Shown: positions 19,460-29,610, counted from the stretch's first letter. The stretch: 59,830 bases of DNA from an uncultured Bacteroidota bacterium (GCA_903889915.1 CAISZK010000133.1:1-59830), one strand, 5' to 3'. Made by a program: numbers and translations. Notes: a model not told the origin generated them from the letters alone.

Positions 19460-21289
19460 TCACATTTTAATAATTTTCGTACAGTAGCTTTTTTCACCAT
19501 CAATAACTCTGATAATATAAACTCCTTTTGGAAATTCGCCCAGGTCCATTTCAGTTTTATTGGATGTCAAAGCCCGGGTGGTTATAACCCTTCCACGGAT
19601 ATCACTGATAGTTGCAATAGCATTTTCATTACCTGCTGAAATAAAATCATCAACAATGTAAATTTTTTGGTCTGTGGGATTTGGAAAAATACTAATGTTT
19701 GACGTATTCAATTCAAAATTATTTATTGTATTGAGATTATCAGGTATAGATATCAGGACTGAGGCAGTATCAAGACCACAATTATTTCTGGCCACTAAAA
19801 TCACAGTATAAGTGCCGGTATCGGCGTATGTATGAATGGGGTTTTGCGAAGTGTCATAGTTGCCGTCTCCAAACATCCATTCATAAATAGTTGTTTGGGA
19901 ACTATTGTTTGTAAAAGATACAGTTGAATCAGAAACTGAATAACTAAAACCTGCTACAGGATTATCTGAGCAATCACAAACAGTAGGAAATATATCCGTT
20001 GCGGTAACTGAAAGAGGGTTTGAATAAATTCCGGTGTCAGTCAATAAAGTCAGACTTTGAGTATAGAAATTCGTATCCGGTGCCGGTGAAACAGGATTTT
20101 GAATAATTGAAATACAATTATCAACACCCATCGAATCGGCGAAGAGTAATGAATTAGTGTTTTGAAAGCTATATGCACCGTCTGCTAACAATCCTGCGAA
20201 GGCAATGCGTTTGTCGGCTAATTGAACAGCATCACCAAAACGCATAGTATAATTTGAATAATAAAAAGGCTGGTATTTAACTTCGGATAAAATATCCAGA
20301 TTTTGGCTTACCCTCCTGAAATACGAAGTATAAGGGGTGTAAACATCACCAAAAGCGCCTCCGGGAACCAATACATTCAATGAGGAATCGAAATTATTAC
20401 TGATAATTTTTGAAGGCGACCAACTGCCATTATTGACAAATTCGAAGTTGCCTGTACTATCTAACCTTGCTGTGAAATAACCCATGTTTATCATTTGAAC
20501 AAAATTATATACTCCGAAATTTACATAGAATTTTTTATTTATTGAATAGAAAATACTGGTTCCGCCAAGTTCAATATCATCTAAATTAGGGGGAGGATTG
20601 GTATAATAAAATGTTTTACCCCAAAGCAAATTGCCCAAAGAATCTGTTTTCATCGTGGCTACTGTTGAAACATAATACTCCATTGGGAAAGTATTAGGCG
20701 GAATAATTGCATAGATTTTTATGCGTGCTGACCCACAAAAAATTATTGAATGATCAGGCAATTCAACAGGCGGACCGGATATGCTAAATGGGTTGCCGGC
20801 GATACAATATTGCTTTGACCAGACAACATTTCCCGAAGTGTCAACTTTTATCAGTAAAGCACGTGCACTGTCATCCGCAGTAATAAGAATTTTTCCATCA
20901 TGCAATTTACTTATTCCACACAAGGATGTGGAAGAAAAATTGAAATATTGTTTTGACCAAAGCGGGATCCCTGAAGAATCAACCCGGATCAAACCGGCGA
21001 CATGATTATGAAGGTAAGAAGAACTGAATGACAAAAAAGCTCCATCGCTGGCAGCAGGAATAATGCAATTAAAGGATGATACAGGCAATCCCTGGTAGGT
21101 TTTGCTGAAAACTATATTGCCTGCAATATCTGTTTTGGTTAGATTCTTATTGCCTGCAATAAATAGTTTGCCATTATCAGTTATCGTTAAAGAATTAAAA
21201 TCGCCATCAGAATAACGTTTGAAAAAAGATTGTGATAAAGCAATAGTGGCGCTGAAAGTAAGAAAGAGAAAAAAAGTGATTGATTTCAT
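19460..21289 (-). CDS. Secreted beta-propeller-like protein with PKD and T9SS CTD
   Basis: Signal peptide MKSITFF; DxxG..WSK repeats; WMFGDG PKD; IFPNP...GVYII CTD. Confidence 0.8.
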   Translation of the reverse strand: MKSITFFLFLTFSATIALSQSFFKRYSDGDFNSLTITDNGKLFIAGNKNLTKTDIAGNIVFSKTYQGLPVSSFNCIIPAASDGAFLSFSSSYLHNHVAGLIRVDSSGIPLWSKQYFNFSSTSLCGISKLHDGKILITADDSARALLIKVDTSGNVVWSKQYCIAGNPFSISGPPVELPDHSIIFCGSARIKIYAIIPPNTFPMEYYVSTVATMKTDSLGNLLWGKTFYYTNPPPNLDDIELGGTSIFYSINKKFYVNFGVYNFVQMINMGYFTARLDSTGNFEFVNNGSWSPSKIISNNFDSSLNVLVPGGAFGDVYTPYTSYFRRVSQNLDILSEVKYQPFYYSNYTMRFGDAVQLADKRIAFAGLLADGAYSFQNTNSLLFADSMGVDNCISIIQNPVSPAPDTNFYTQSLTLLTDTGIYSNPLSVTATDIFPTVCDCSDNPVAGFSYSVSDSTVSFTNNSSQTTIYEWMFGDGNYDTSQNPIHTYADTGTYTVILVARNNCGLDTASVLISIPDNLNTINNFELNTSNISIFPNPTDQKIYIVDDFISAGNENAIATISDIRGRVITTRALTSNKTEMDLGEFPKGVYIIRVIDGEKSYCTKIIKM

Positions 21290-21371
21290 GGGAAAGGTAT
21301 TAAAGTCAGAAACAACTTTTTGATTTATAAGGCGCAATTATTTGACAAAGGTTGCCTTGTTTTTATATTTC

Positions 21372-21408
21372 TTAGTCCGGGCGCGACTCCAAGTCGCACC
21401 CGGACTAA
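21372..21408. repeat. REP-like palindrome, copy 2
   Basis: ttagtccgggcgcgactccaagtcgcacccggactaa, near-perfect inverted repeat. Confidence 0.72.
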
Positions 21409-21416
21409 TGCACTTT

Positions 21417-22034
21417 TCAATCACAATTGCACCCCGTAGTTATTTTCTTGAAATAATAAATCAATCCAAACTCCACACCGCAATGATTTCGATAATCTGA
21501 AGCAAGGTTGCTGCTGTTTTGCCAAATGCGGGTTTCAAATGTTGGTGCAACGATGATGGCCACTTTTTTAATCTTCAGATTACCTTCAAAACCTGCTGTT
21601 GCAAAAACATCATGAATGCGAATAGTTGCTGATCTGCCAATGTCGGTTTTTTCATAAAAGCTGGTGTTCATCGTAGGTCCGGCAAAGGCATAGAAAGAAA
21701 GTTTCCTGTATCTTTTCGTAAGCTTGATGCGCAGGTGGCAGTTGGCTTTGATCATTCGTGCATCATAAAAATTTGGCCACTCCTGATCCGCTGATCTGAA
21801 TAGAACATAAAGCGGGTTGCAATGATCATTTGCATATCCCAACCCCGCATTCAATGACAACTTTTTATTGAGCACAATCTGACTCTTCACCCCTGCCGAA
21901 AAATTAAATGCCGACTGATCGGTATTCGTAAAATTAAGCGTAGGCTGAAAATAAATGCCAAGACTTTTTTGGGCAATGCAGGCCAATGAAGATATTAAAG
22001 AGAGAAAAAAAATGAAACTGAATTTTCCTGACAT
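21417..22034 (-). CDS. Putative outer-membrane beta-barrel protein
   Basis: Signal peptide; alternating beta-strand pattern; FGLIYYF near the C-terminus. Confidence 0.55.
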   Translation of the reverse strand: MSGKFSFIFFLSLISSLACIAQKSLGIYFQPTLNFTNTDQSAFNFSAGVKSQIVLNKKLSLNAGLGYANDHCNPLYVLFRSADQEWPNFYDARMIKANCHLRIKLTKRYRKLSFYAFAGPTMNTSFYEKTDIGRSATIRIHDVFATAGFEGNLKIKKVAIIVAPTFETRIWQNSSNLASDYRNHCGVEFGLIYYFKKITTGCNCD

Positions 22035-22078
22035 TGATTATGAAATTTCTTTTTGCCTTGCTTACAAACGCAGCAATA

Positions 22079-23248
22079 TTAATACAAATACTTGAAAAAG
22101 TTCTGTTTTTCAAAGTTTGACGAAACACCCCAAATTAATCTTATTGTAAAGGCATTTCCTGTAATATCCGTACCTCCCTTGTTTTTAAAATTCAAATAAT
22201 TGAAATTTGCCTGTAGTCCGAAGTAATGCCTGTAATCATAATAATATTTGAATCCCAATCCACCGCTGACATTTGGCGACCAAAAATGTTTGCCATCAAT
22301 TTTTTTCGTATCATTTGAGTGAATACTTGCCAAACGTTCACCACCAAAGCCAAAGGCAAAGTAGAATTCACTTTTTTGGGTTGTAACCAAAGCTCTGCTG
22401 TATTCTGCACCGATATAGAAAAAGTTGCAGGTATCAGTAGCTGTAAGGCTATCTTTATACATGACATTATATTTTCCTTTGGAACTTCCCGGTTTTACAT
22501 CAAGCACGAAATCGAAAGTGTTTCCCCTGGATTTTGATCCGGCAAACACTCCAATAATTCCTTTGTTGCCAAGAATTTTATTGTTGCCAAGCGGATTAAA
22601 ATAACCTGTGTATAAACCCGCCTCCATGCATGGCTGGTGAAGGATACTATCTTTATAATGCTTGTAAATTTTTTGCAAATAAGTCCCATCAAATTTTTTA
22701 TTTCTGATCATTGTATCAATATGAACAATCGCAGAGTCGGAATAGAGTCTTGATAATAATTGTTCAGCAGGGCTTAGCTGTTTTGTTTTAAGTTTTTTCG
22801 CCATTATATTGATGAAAGCATCAAAAAGGGAATCTTCGGTTGATTGTCGGTAATAGTATCTGTAATTGTAGTACCTGTTAACCTTATAAGATACCTTGTT
22901 TCTGTTGTAATCCGTCAACTGATGAAAAACAGCCGGTTTCAAATTTTCTTCTTTAAAAGTACCCATTTGAATTGACAATAACAAACGCGCTCTTTCAATT
23001 ATTTCATTATTGTTCCATCTGCATTTTTTCTGCCAATAATTCAATAAAATATTTACGCTGTCGAGTTTGCCATTTGCATAATATTCCGGGATCAAATATT
23101 TACAATTATACTCAACCTCCCAACAAGTCAGAGGCCTTCTTGTCATTAATTTATCAAGGCTGTCGGTTTGTGAAAACGATCTTAAACTGAATGAACACAA
23201 ACAAAAAAGAAAAAAGATCCGGAAGAAATGAACATAGGTTTTTGTCAT
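22079..23248 (-). CDS. Hypothetical exported protein with C-terminal beta-barrel-like region
   Basis: Signal peptide; GLGFKYY/FGLQANFNY-type strands. Confidence 0.6.
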   Translation of the reverse strand: MTKTYVHFFRIFFLFCLCSFSLRSFSQTDSLDKLMTRRPLTCWEVEYNCKYLIPEYYANGKLDSVNILLNYWQKKCRWNNNEIIERARLLLSIQMGTFKEENLKPAVFHQLTDYNRNKVSYKVNRYYNYRYYYRQSTEDSLFDAFINIMAKKLKTKQLSPAEQLLSRLYSDSAIVHIDTMIRNKKFDGTYLQKIYKHYKDSILHQPCMEAGLYTGYFNPLGNNKILGNKGIIGVFAGSKSRGNTFDFVLDVKPGSSKGKYNVMYKDSLTATDTCNFFYIGAEYSRALVTTQKSEFYFAFGFGGERLASIHSNDTKKIDGKHFWSPNVSGGLGFKYYYDYRHYFGLQANFNYLNFKNKGGTDITGNAFTIRLIWGVSSNFEKQNFFKYLY

Positions 23249-23517
23249 GATATTTGGGTTGTAAAATTTCCTTTATTCAAATTGATCAGGCTTGATCCTG
23301 GCATCTTCAATAATCACCCTCAACATTTGCCAAATTATTGCCCTTTAATCATCATCAATTCATTCACAAAAATAATAATTAATTTGATGCCATAATAAAC
23401 CGGAATTTTAAAAAGCATTTCCTGCATCGCAAAAAAAATATTAATTTTACATCAGGAAAATTCAACCTTAAATTTGAATCAATTTCCGCGGATTCATTTA
23501 ACCAAATAAGTGAAAAA

Positions 23518-24930
23518 ATGAAAACAAAACTATTCAGAACTGCTTTAATTTCCTTTTTGTTTCTTCAATCGTTCATCTCGTTTTCGCAAACCTTTTACGA
23601 ATTGCAATTTCATGATAACACTGGCATTCCTTATTTGGGATTCATGGTTTACTATGGCGAAAACAACTGCTATCTGAGGGTCGCTTTCTCGCAGGGAGAT
23701 GTTTATAATGTTGTGAATGTTGAATACGAATCAAAAACCGGAAACGAAAATGGTACCAACTATCAATTGCTGGTTGGGAAAAATCCAACTTATATTACTG
23801 AAAACCCCACGCAATTGGGCTATAATCCTGAACATTTTATCTGGTTCTGGAATGATTCAATATCTTCTGAAATACCCTTCTTTACTGATGATCCCGATTT
23901 TAAACCCGAAAATATTCGTGAAGTGGATAACTTTAGTGAACTGCATCTTGATCAGCTTTCGGAGGAATATCTTCACCAGTTCTATAATGCAGATGAACCG
24001 GACTATTTAAGTTTTGTCAATGCGCTCAACAATCAGAACAGCCAGGCTGACCAGGATCATCAATACAATCAGTATTATCAAAACGATCAAAACAACCAGA
24101 TCAATCAAAACAACCATATCAACCAAAATGATCAAAACATTAACACAACAAGACCCGACACTGCATTGGCGAAGCCTGTGCTGCATTTGATAATTGCCGC
24201 CAACACTTCAATAAGCAACATAGGGTTGAGTTGTACCATTGATATGAAAAATTTTAAATCCGATTTTGAAGGCATCGCAGAGGCTTTGGGAATAAACATT
24301 CAGGAATATTTTGTGTCGGACAATTCCTTTTCAAAGCAAAATGTTTTGGACGAAATTGCTAAGGTCAATCCGGCAGCGAATGATATTGTAATTTTTCTGT
24401 ATTCCGGCCATGGTATCCGCTACGACAATCAAACAGACAGCTATCCACAGCTTGATCTGCGTTTGAATTCATTCCAGGATCTGAATGATGCAACCTCTTT
24501 AAGTTTATCAACCGTGTATAGCTCATTGGTGAGTAAAGGCGCGCGGCTGACATTGGTTTTAAGCAATTGCTGCAACTCAAAATTGGGTATAAACCAGGTT
24601 ACAAGTTCAAGTTTCTTATCCACCATGTCGAATCAAAATTATAACAAAAGCAACCTCGCAAAACTGATTTTAAATTCATCAGGAAGTCTTATTGCTACCG
24701 CAGCAAGTCCGGGCGAATATGCATGGTGCAATGATTCGAACGGAAGTTATTTTGTGAATGGTTTTTTGCAATCGTTCTACCAGGAAATAAGTTTTCTGAA
24801 CACCAAAACTCCTGACTGGGACGGGATATTGACAAATGCAATTGCAAGTGCAAAATCGGCAACATCGCCCGCATCATGCCCATCCTGCAAGGTTCAGAAT
24901 GGTTTGATGTCCTCAAAAATTTCAAAGTAA
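23518..24930 (+). CDS. Exported caspase-family (peptidase C14) protein
   Basis: Signal peptide; FLYSGHG His motif; LSNCCN Cys motif; Q/N-rich linker. Confidence 0.75.
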   Translation: MKTKLFRTALISFLFLQSFISFSQTFYELQFHDNTGIPYLGFMVYYGENNCYLRVAFSQGDVYNVVNVEYESKTGNENGTNYQLLVGKNPTYITENPTQLGYNPEHFIWFWNDSISSEIPFFTDDPDFKPENIREVDNFSELHLDQLSEEYLHQFYNADEPDYLSFVNALNNQNSQADQDHQYNQYYQNDQNNQINQNNHINQNDQNINTTRPDTALAKPVLHLIIAANTSISNIGLSCTIDMKNFKSDFEGIAEALGINIQEYFVSDNSFSKQNVLDEIAKVNPAANDIVIFLYSGHGIRYDNQTDSYPQLDLRLNSFQDLNDATSLSLSTVYSSLVSKGARLTLVLSNCCNSKLGINQVTSSSFLSTMSNQNYNKSNLAKLILNSSGSLIATAASPGEYAWCNDSNGSYFVNGFLQSFYQEISFLNTKTPDWDGILTNAIASAKSATSPASCPSCKVQNGLMSSKISK

Positions 24931-24967
24931 TTAAACAGAGCCGGCAAGAAAACGATACTTAAAATTA

Positions 24968-25074
24968 AATTCCATTTCCCAATACTCAAATTCCAAATTC
25001 CGGCAACGGAAAAACACTCAAATATTAAGATGGTTTCGGTCCCGGAATTTGTATAGTGGAATTTGGAATTTGGA
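24968..25074. repeat. Inverted AAATTCC/GGAATTT heptamer arrays with no gene between
   Basis: caaattccaaattcc ... ggaatttggaatttgga between convergent genes. Confidence 0.65.
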
Positions 25075-25124
25075 TCTTATGATTTTATTTTAGAGTATTC
25101 CTGCAAATACGATTCAGCAACTCT

Positions 25125-25520
25125 TCATTTATCAGGCATGATCCAACCCAAGTCATTTACATGAAATGTTGGAATAGGGTTCACAATATATTCCCTGCTA
25201 AGAAAATTGCCGTCTTTGTCATAGAGCAGTGTAATCTTTTTGGTGTTGCTTGCAATCATCACTTCATAAGAAACTATTCTGCCATCAGCATTTTCAACTT
25301 TAAAAGCTTCGAGCAACTTGTAATCAGGATAGGTTTTTCTGATGTTCTCCATGATTCCTGCTTTAAGTTCCGCTTGTGAAATTGGCGTCTTTTTCTCAGC
25401 CTGTTGTTGTGAATGAGCTGTTGATTTAGACATTTTATTGTTTACTGAACTTATATCAACCTGCCCGAAAGCAATTGTTACTCCTAAGCAGAGAACCAAA
25501 ATTAAAATCAACTTTTTCAT
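25125..25520 (-). CDS. Exported PepSY/BLIP-like small protein, copy 1
   Basis: Signal peptide; I.K.YPDYK..EA.KVE...YEV...LLYDKDGNFL. Confidence 0.68.
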   Translation of the reverse strand: MKKLILILVLCLGVTIAFGQVDISSVNNKMSKSTAHSQQQAEKKTPISQAELKAGIMENIRKTYPDYKLLEAFKVENADGRIVSYEVMIASNTKKITLLYDKDGNFLSREYIVNPIPTFHVNDLGWIMPDK

Positions 25521-25753
25521 AATTCAAAATTTTCAAAAGGATCAAATCCTTTTAACCTGTAACACAAAGTTACGGGAGATAAAATCATGGAACAAGTTTT
25601 GGGAGTTAAGTAATGTTAATGATGTGAAGGAATCCTAGGTTTCCAAATCAGGTATTGCCAATTTCATTGTTTTCAGAAAAACTCTGTTAAAAGAAACTGT
25701 ATATCCAACGATTCAGGAACTCTTCATTTGTCAATCATTACTGTACCCGGTTA

Positions 25754-26119
25754 CTAGAGTTGATATGATGGAATAGGATTCACAACATCTCTTTTACTCA
25801 GATAATTCCCATCTTTGTCATAGAATAAGTCTATCTTTTTGGTGTTGCTTGCGATCAATACATCATAAGAAAGTATTTTGCCATCCGTATTTTCAACTTT
25901 ATAAGCTTCGAGTATCTTATAATCGGGATAGCTTTTACTGATGTCATCAGTAATTCCTGCCTTAAGTTCCGATATTGAAATCGGAGTCTTAATATTAGTT
26001 TGTTGTTGTGAAAATGCTGTTGAATTAAACATTTTATTGCCAACGGAATTTTTATTAACCCGCCCTACAGCAAATGTTATTCCTAAGCCGAGAAACAAAA
26101 TTAAAATCAACTTTTTCAT
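25754..26119 (-). CDS. Exported PepSY/BLIP-like small protein, copy 2 (tandem paralog)
   Basis: Clearly similar to 25125-25520; upstream about 120 bp also duplicated. Confidence 0.68.
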   Translation of the reverse strand: MKKLILILFLGLGITFAVGRVNKNSVGNKMFNSTAFSQQQTNIKTPISISELKAGITDDISKSYPDYKILEAYKVENTDGKILSYDVLIASNTKKIDLFYDKDGNYLSKRDVVNPIPSYQL

Positions 26120-26323
26120 AATTAAAATTTTTTAAAAAGGATTCAATCCTTTTAACCTTCAATACAAAGTTATGGTAGATAAAATCATGGAACAAGTTTT
26201 GGGAGTTAAGTAATGTTAAAGATCAGCTTACATTTTTGAGGAGTAGTAATTTTGTAGTGTTTTCTACAATAATGATTGGGAGAGAAAAATACAAGTAATT
26301 ATTGAAAGAATGTTTTAATCAGC

Positions 26324-26701
26324 ATGAAGAAAATGAGCATAGAAATATTATTGATCCTGCTGGTCATCGGACTTGTGGCAGGGGCTTTTGGCGGAATGGT
26401 GGGAATTGGAGGAGGATTGATTATGATACCAGCAATGGTATTATTTGCCGGGTTAACACAACATGAGGCAATAGGAACTAGCCTTGCAGTGATGCTTCCG
26501 CCAATTGGCTTGTTTGCAGCTTACAATTATTATAAAGCCGGACAGGTTAACCTTACTTATGCCATGATCATCGCTGCCGCCTTTATAGTCGGGAGTTTTT
26601 TCTCATCAAAAATAGCAGTTACAATTTCCGAAAATGTGATCAGAAAAATCTTCAGCGTCTTCCTGATCGTTGTTGCGATCAAGATGTTTTTTTCGAAATG
26701 A
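26324..26701 (+). CDS. Half-size TauE/SafE (sulfite exporter) family protein
   Basis: GMVGIGGGLIMIP...QHEAIGTSLA. Confidence 0.85.
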   Translation: MKKMSIEILLILLVIGLVAGAFGGMVGIGGGLIMIPAMVLFAGLTQHEAIGTSLAVMLPPIGLFAAYNYYKAGQVNLTYAMIIAAAFIVGSFFSSKIAVTISENVIRKIFSVFLIVVAIKMFFSK

Positions 26702-26823
26702 AAATTGAAGCAAGTCATTGAATGCTTTTCAAAAATACCACTGTTATGCAGATCGGTAATGGCAAAGTTCTGCCACAATAAACATGAATAAACAGCAGTT
26801 TGCTCAAATTGATAAATTACAAT

Positions 26824-27258
26824 TTAAAAAGTCAATACGATCTTGCTTTTTTTAATCAAATCATATAAATCGGACATGGACGACATTTTACATACCTGTG
26901 GGGATGTGATATTCCTGCTTTTAAGGCAAGTTCCGCATCCAAGTATTTCGCCACCCACATTGGTGAATAAACCAACCTGCATTCTGATATCACTGTTTTT
27001 TTTGACCAGGGTATCAAGTTCTACTCCCTTTCCCAGTAAAAATATTTTAACTGTATCACCCGAAGTGATAGAATAAACGGCAAGTCGCAAAGCATTATAA
27101 ACAGTTTCGACATCATTTGAATAAATAATAATTCCAATTCCACCGCTTGTTGAAGTGGACGTACTTGTCGTTTTTGCTGTTGTTCCGCCACATTGTGCAT
27201 AACTGTTGAGACTAATTAAACTCATCAAAACCGATAAGATGATAAGTGATTTTTTCAT
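26824..27258 (-). CDS. DsrE-family protein with N-terminal signal peptide
   Basis: NALRLA...V.IFLLGKGVE...GCGTCLKSR...SSMSDLYDLI. Confidence 0.75.
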   Translation of the reverse strand: MKKSLIILSVLMSLISLNSYAQCGGTTAKTTSTSTSTSGGIGIIIYSNDVETVYNALRLAVYSITSGDTVKIFLLGKGVELDTLVKKNSDIRMQVGLFTNVGGEILGCGTCLKSRNITSPQVCKMSSMSDLYDLIKKSKIVLTF

Positions 27259-27298
27259 TATTTTAAAGGTAAATTTTTAATTTATTTTACGAACTAAA

Positions 27299-27694
27299 TT
27301 AAATTGTACTTGTGTAAACCTCAAATTCCGGTTGACTCTGAATTAATTTTTTTACTGTGCAAAGTTCCGCAGAATTAATGACTGCATCTTTATACTTTTC
27401 GGGAAAATCTGCCGGTAAACGAATTTCTAATCCTATTTTAGAAACAGTATGTTTTATTGGATCTACCTCCATGTGCTCAATGATCTTTATATTGTCCGTT
27501 GGCAAATTCCGCTGATCGCAAAATGACTTAACATAAATTCCTGCACAGGTTCCAAGTGATGCAAGGAACAATTCAAAAGGTGAAGGCTCTTGTCCGTCTC
27601 CTCCTGCTCTGACAGGTTGGTCAGTTTTTACAATAAATCCATTTATGCTGGCATTAACTTTTTTATTGCCGGCAAAGAAAATTTCTATATCCAT
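27299..27694 (-). CDS. OsmC-family protein
   Basis: TDQP..GG...PSPFELFLASLGTC...CTVKK. Confidence 0.88.
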   Translation of the reverse strand: MDIEIFFAGNKKVNASINGFIVKTDQPVRAGGDGQEPSPFELFLASLGTCAGIYVKSFCDQRNLPTDNIKIIEHMEVDPIKHTVSKIGLEIRLPADFPEKYKDAVINSAELCTVKKLIQSQPEFEVYTSTI

Positions 27695-27706
27695 TTTGTT
27701 TAAATT

Positions 27707-28423
27707 TTAATTTTTAGTGTGTTCATTATTGTTGGTGCAATAAACATGTTTAAAATATTCGCAATCCTGAGTGTCGTCAAACTGCAATCCCATTTCTTTT
27801 GCCTTTTGTTCTGAACATTTTTCAATGTTTTCAAAAAAAGCTGTTCCACCTGACACATCAAATATCTTCTTCAATTCAGCCAAAGCATCATCAGGTATTT
27901 TGCGCATTGCTCCTGCTCCATCGCCCTTGTAATTTCCACCCAATCGTTCATAAACTTCTTTGGCATTTTTGCGAACCCATTCCCACACGGGGCCTTGCTC
28001 CGGATGCATTTCACCCGTAATACGATCAACAAACATGCAATATCCGCTACGCAGAATTTCATCACCCGTAGTGCGCTTGATTGCCAATGATTGCCGTCCT
28101 TTTTCACTTTCCACAAAATATCCCAGAGTGTGTGAAAGATGCCGCAATGCCTGAATGATAAAGCCTGGTGTGTTGCTTCGCGGACAGCGGGTTTTGCACG
28201 ACAGGCATTCACCGCAATACCAAATTGTATCGCTTTTCAACAACGTTTCAATTTTATCATTGTCTTTACTTTGAACAATGTCAGCAATAATACGGGGATC
28301 ATAATTGTAAAACTCGGCAGCAGGGCAAATAGCAGTGCATGTACCACAGTTAATGCAGGCGGTCAATCCCTCTTGCAGCCTGATGTCTTCAGATAAAATT
28401 TTATAAAAATCCTGTTGCGCCAT
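27707..28423 (-). CDS. HdrC-like 2[4Fe-4S] protein
   Basis: CINCGTCTAICP and WYCGECLSCKTRCP. Confidence 0.82.
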   Translation of the reverse strand: MAQQDFYKILSEDIRLQEGLTACINCGTCTAICPAAEFYNYDPRIIADIVQSKDNDKIETLLKSDTIWYCGECLSCKTRCPRSNTPGFIIQALRHLSHTLGYFVESEKGRQSLAIKRTTGDEILRSGYCMFVDRITGEMHPEQGPVWEWVRKNAKEVYERLGGNYKGDGAGAMRKIPDDALAELKKIFDVSGGTAFFENIEKCSEQKAKEMGLQFDDTQDCEYFKHVYCTNNNEHTKN

Positions 28424-29604
28424 TAAACTTTTTCTAAAGCATTCATCAAATCTTCAACAATATCTTCCACATTTTCAATACCCACAGCCAGTCTGATCAA
28501 ATCATCAGTAATACCGGCGGCTATCTTTGCTTCTTTCGATACTTTTGCATGTGTCATAGATGCGGGATGCTGTATCAATGTTTCAACTCCACCCAGAGAA
28601 ACAGCCAATAAAGCCAGATGAACATTGTCAAGAAATTTCTTTGCCGCTTCGAAACCACCTTTCAATCCAAAACTGATCAATGAACCGGGGCCTTTCATTT
28701 GTTCCATTGCAAGCGCATACTGCTTATGGGATATTAATCCCGGATACTTTATCCATGCAACAGCAGGATGTGCTTCTAAAAATTTTGCAACTATTATTGC
28801 ATTTTTTTGTGCTTCTTTAACACGTATGCTGAGTGTTTTCACTCCGCGCAATACCATATATGCCTGATGAGTATCCATGTTGCAGCCCATAACGATCATC
28901 ATGGTACGCAATTTATCATAAACACTTTTCTCCTTAGCGACTATGATGCCCGCTACTATATCTGCATGACCGTTGATAAATTTTGTCATCGAATGAAAAA
29001 CAACATCAGCACCTAAATCCAACGGGTTTTGCAAATAAGGACTGCAAAAAGTATTATCCACAACAAGCAAAATATTTTTTTCTTTTGCAAGCTTTGCACA
29101 AGCTTTTATATCCGTTATATCAATCGTTGGGTTTGCCGGAGTTTCAATAAACAAAACTTTTGTATTTGGTTTAATAGCCTTTTCAATATTGCTGATATTA
29201 GTTGTGTTTATATAAGTTGACTCAACACCAAAACGGGAAAAATGATTTTCCATCAATCCTCTCGAAGGTCCATAAACAGCATCGGTACTTACAATATGGT
29301 CACCACTGTTTAACAATGCCATATAAATAGTTGACACAGCAGCCATGCCTGAAGATACTGCAATTCCACCAAAGCCATTTTCAAGATCAGCAATAAGGTT
29401 CTCCAGCGCCCCGATTGTTGGGTTTCCTATTCTTGTATAGATGTAACCATCGCTTTCACCTGAAAAGCATTTTGCTCCCTCATCGGCTGATTCAAATGCA
29501 AATGTTGAAGTCTGATAAATTGGCACGGTTGCGCTGCCTAAAGCATCTTTAAATCCTCCGCCATGAATTAATTTTGAATTGAATCCTAATTTTTTTGTAT
29601 CCAT
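28423..29604 (-). CDS. PLP-dependent trans-sulfuration enzyme (methionine gamma-lyase/cystathionine gamma-synthase family)
   Basis: PIYQTSTF, YTRIGNPT, ETPANP, DNTF, SMTKFINGH, VSLG; YGP in place of the MGL-typical YGC. Confidence 0.88.
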   Translation of the reverse strand: MDTKKLGFNSKLIHGGGFKDALGSATVPIYQTSTFAFESADEGAKCFSGESDGYIYTRIGNPTIGALENLIADLENGFGGIAVSSGMAAVSTIYMALLNSGDHIVSTDAVYGPSRGLMENHFSRFGVESTYINTTNISNIEKAIKPNTKVLFIETPANPTIDITDIKACAKLAKEKNILLVVDNTFCSPYLQNPLDLGADVVFHSMTKFINGHADIVAGIIVAKEKSVYDKLRTMMIVMGCNMDTHQAYMVLRGVKTLSIRVKEAQKNAIIVAKFLEAHPAVAWIKYPGLISHKQYALAMEQMKGPGSLISFGLKGGFEAAKKFLDNVHLALLAVSLGGVETLIQHPASMTHAKVSKEAKIAAGITDDLIRLAVGIENVEDIVEDLMNALEKV

Positions 29605-29610
29605 AATTTT

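Noticed and set aside
19404-21408. Integron attC sites
   Set aside because: No RYYYAAC/GTTRRRY ends and no integrase in the window.
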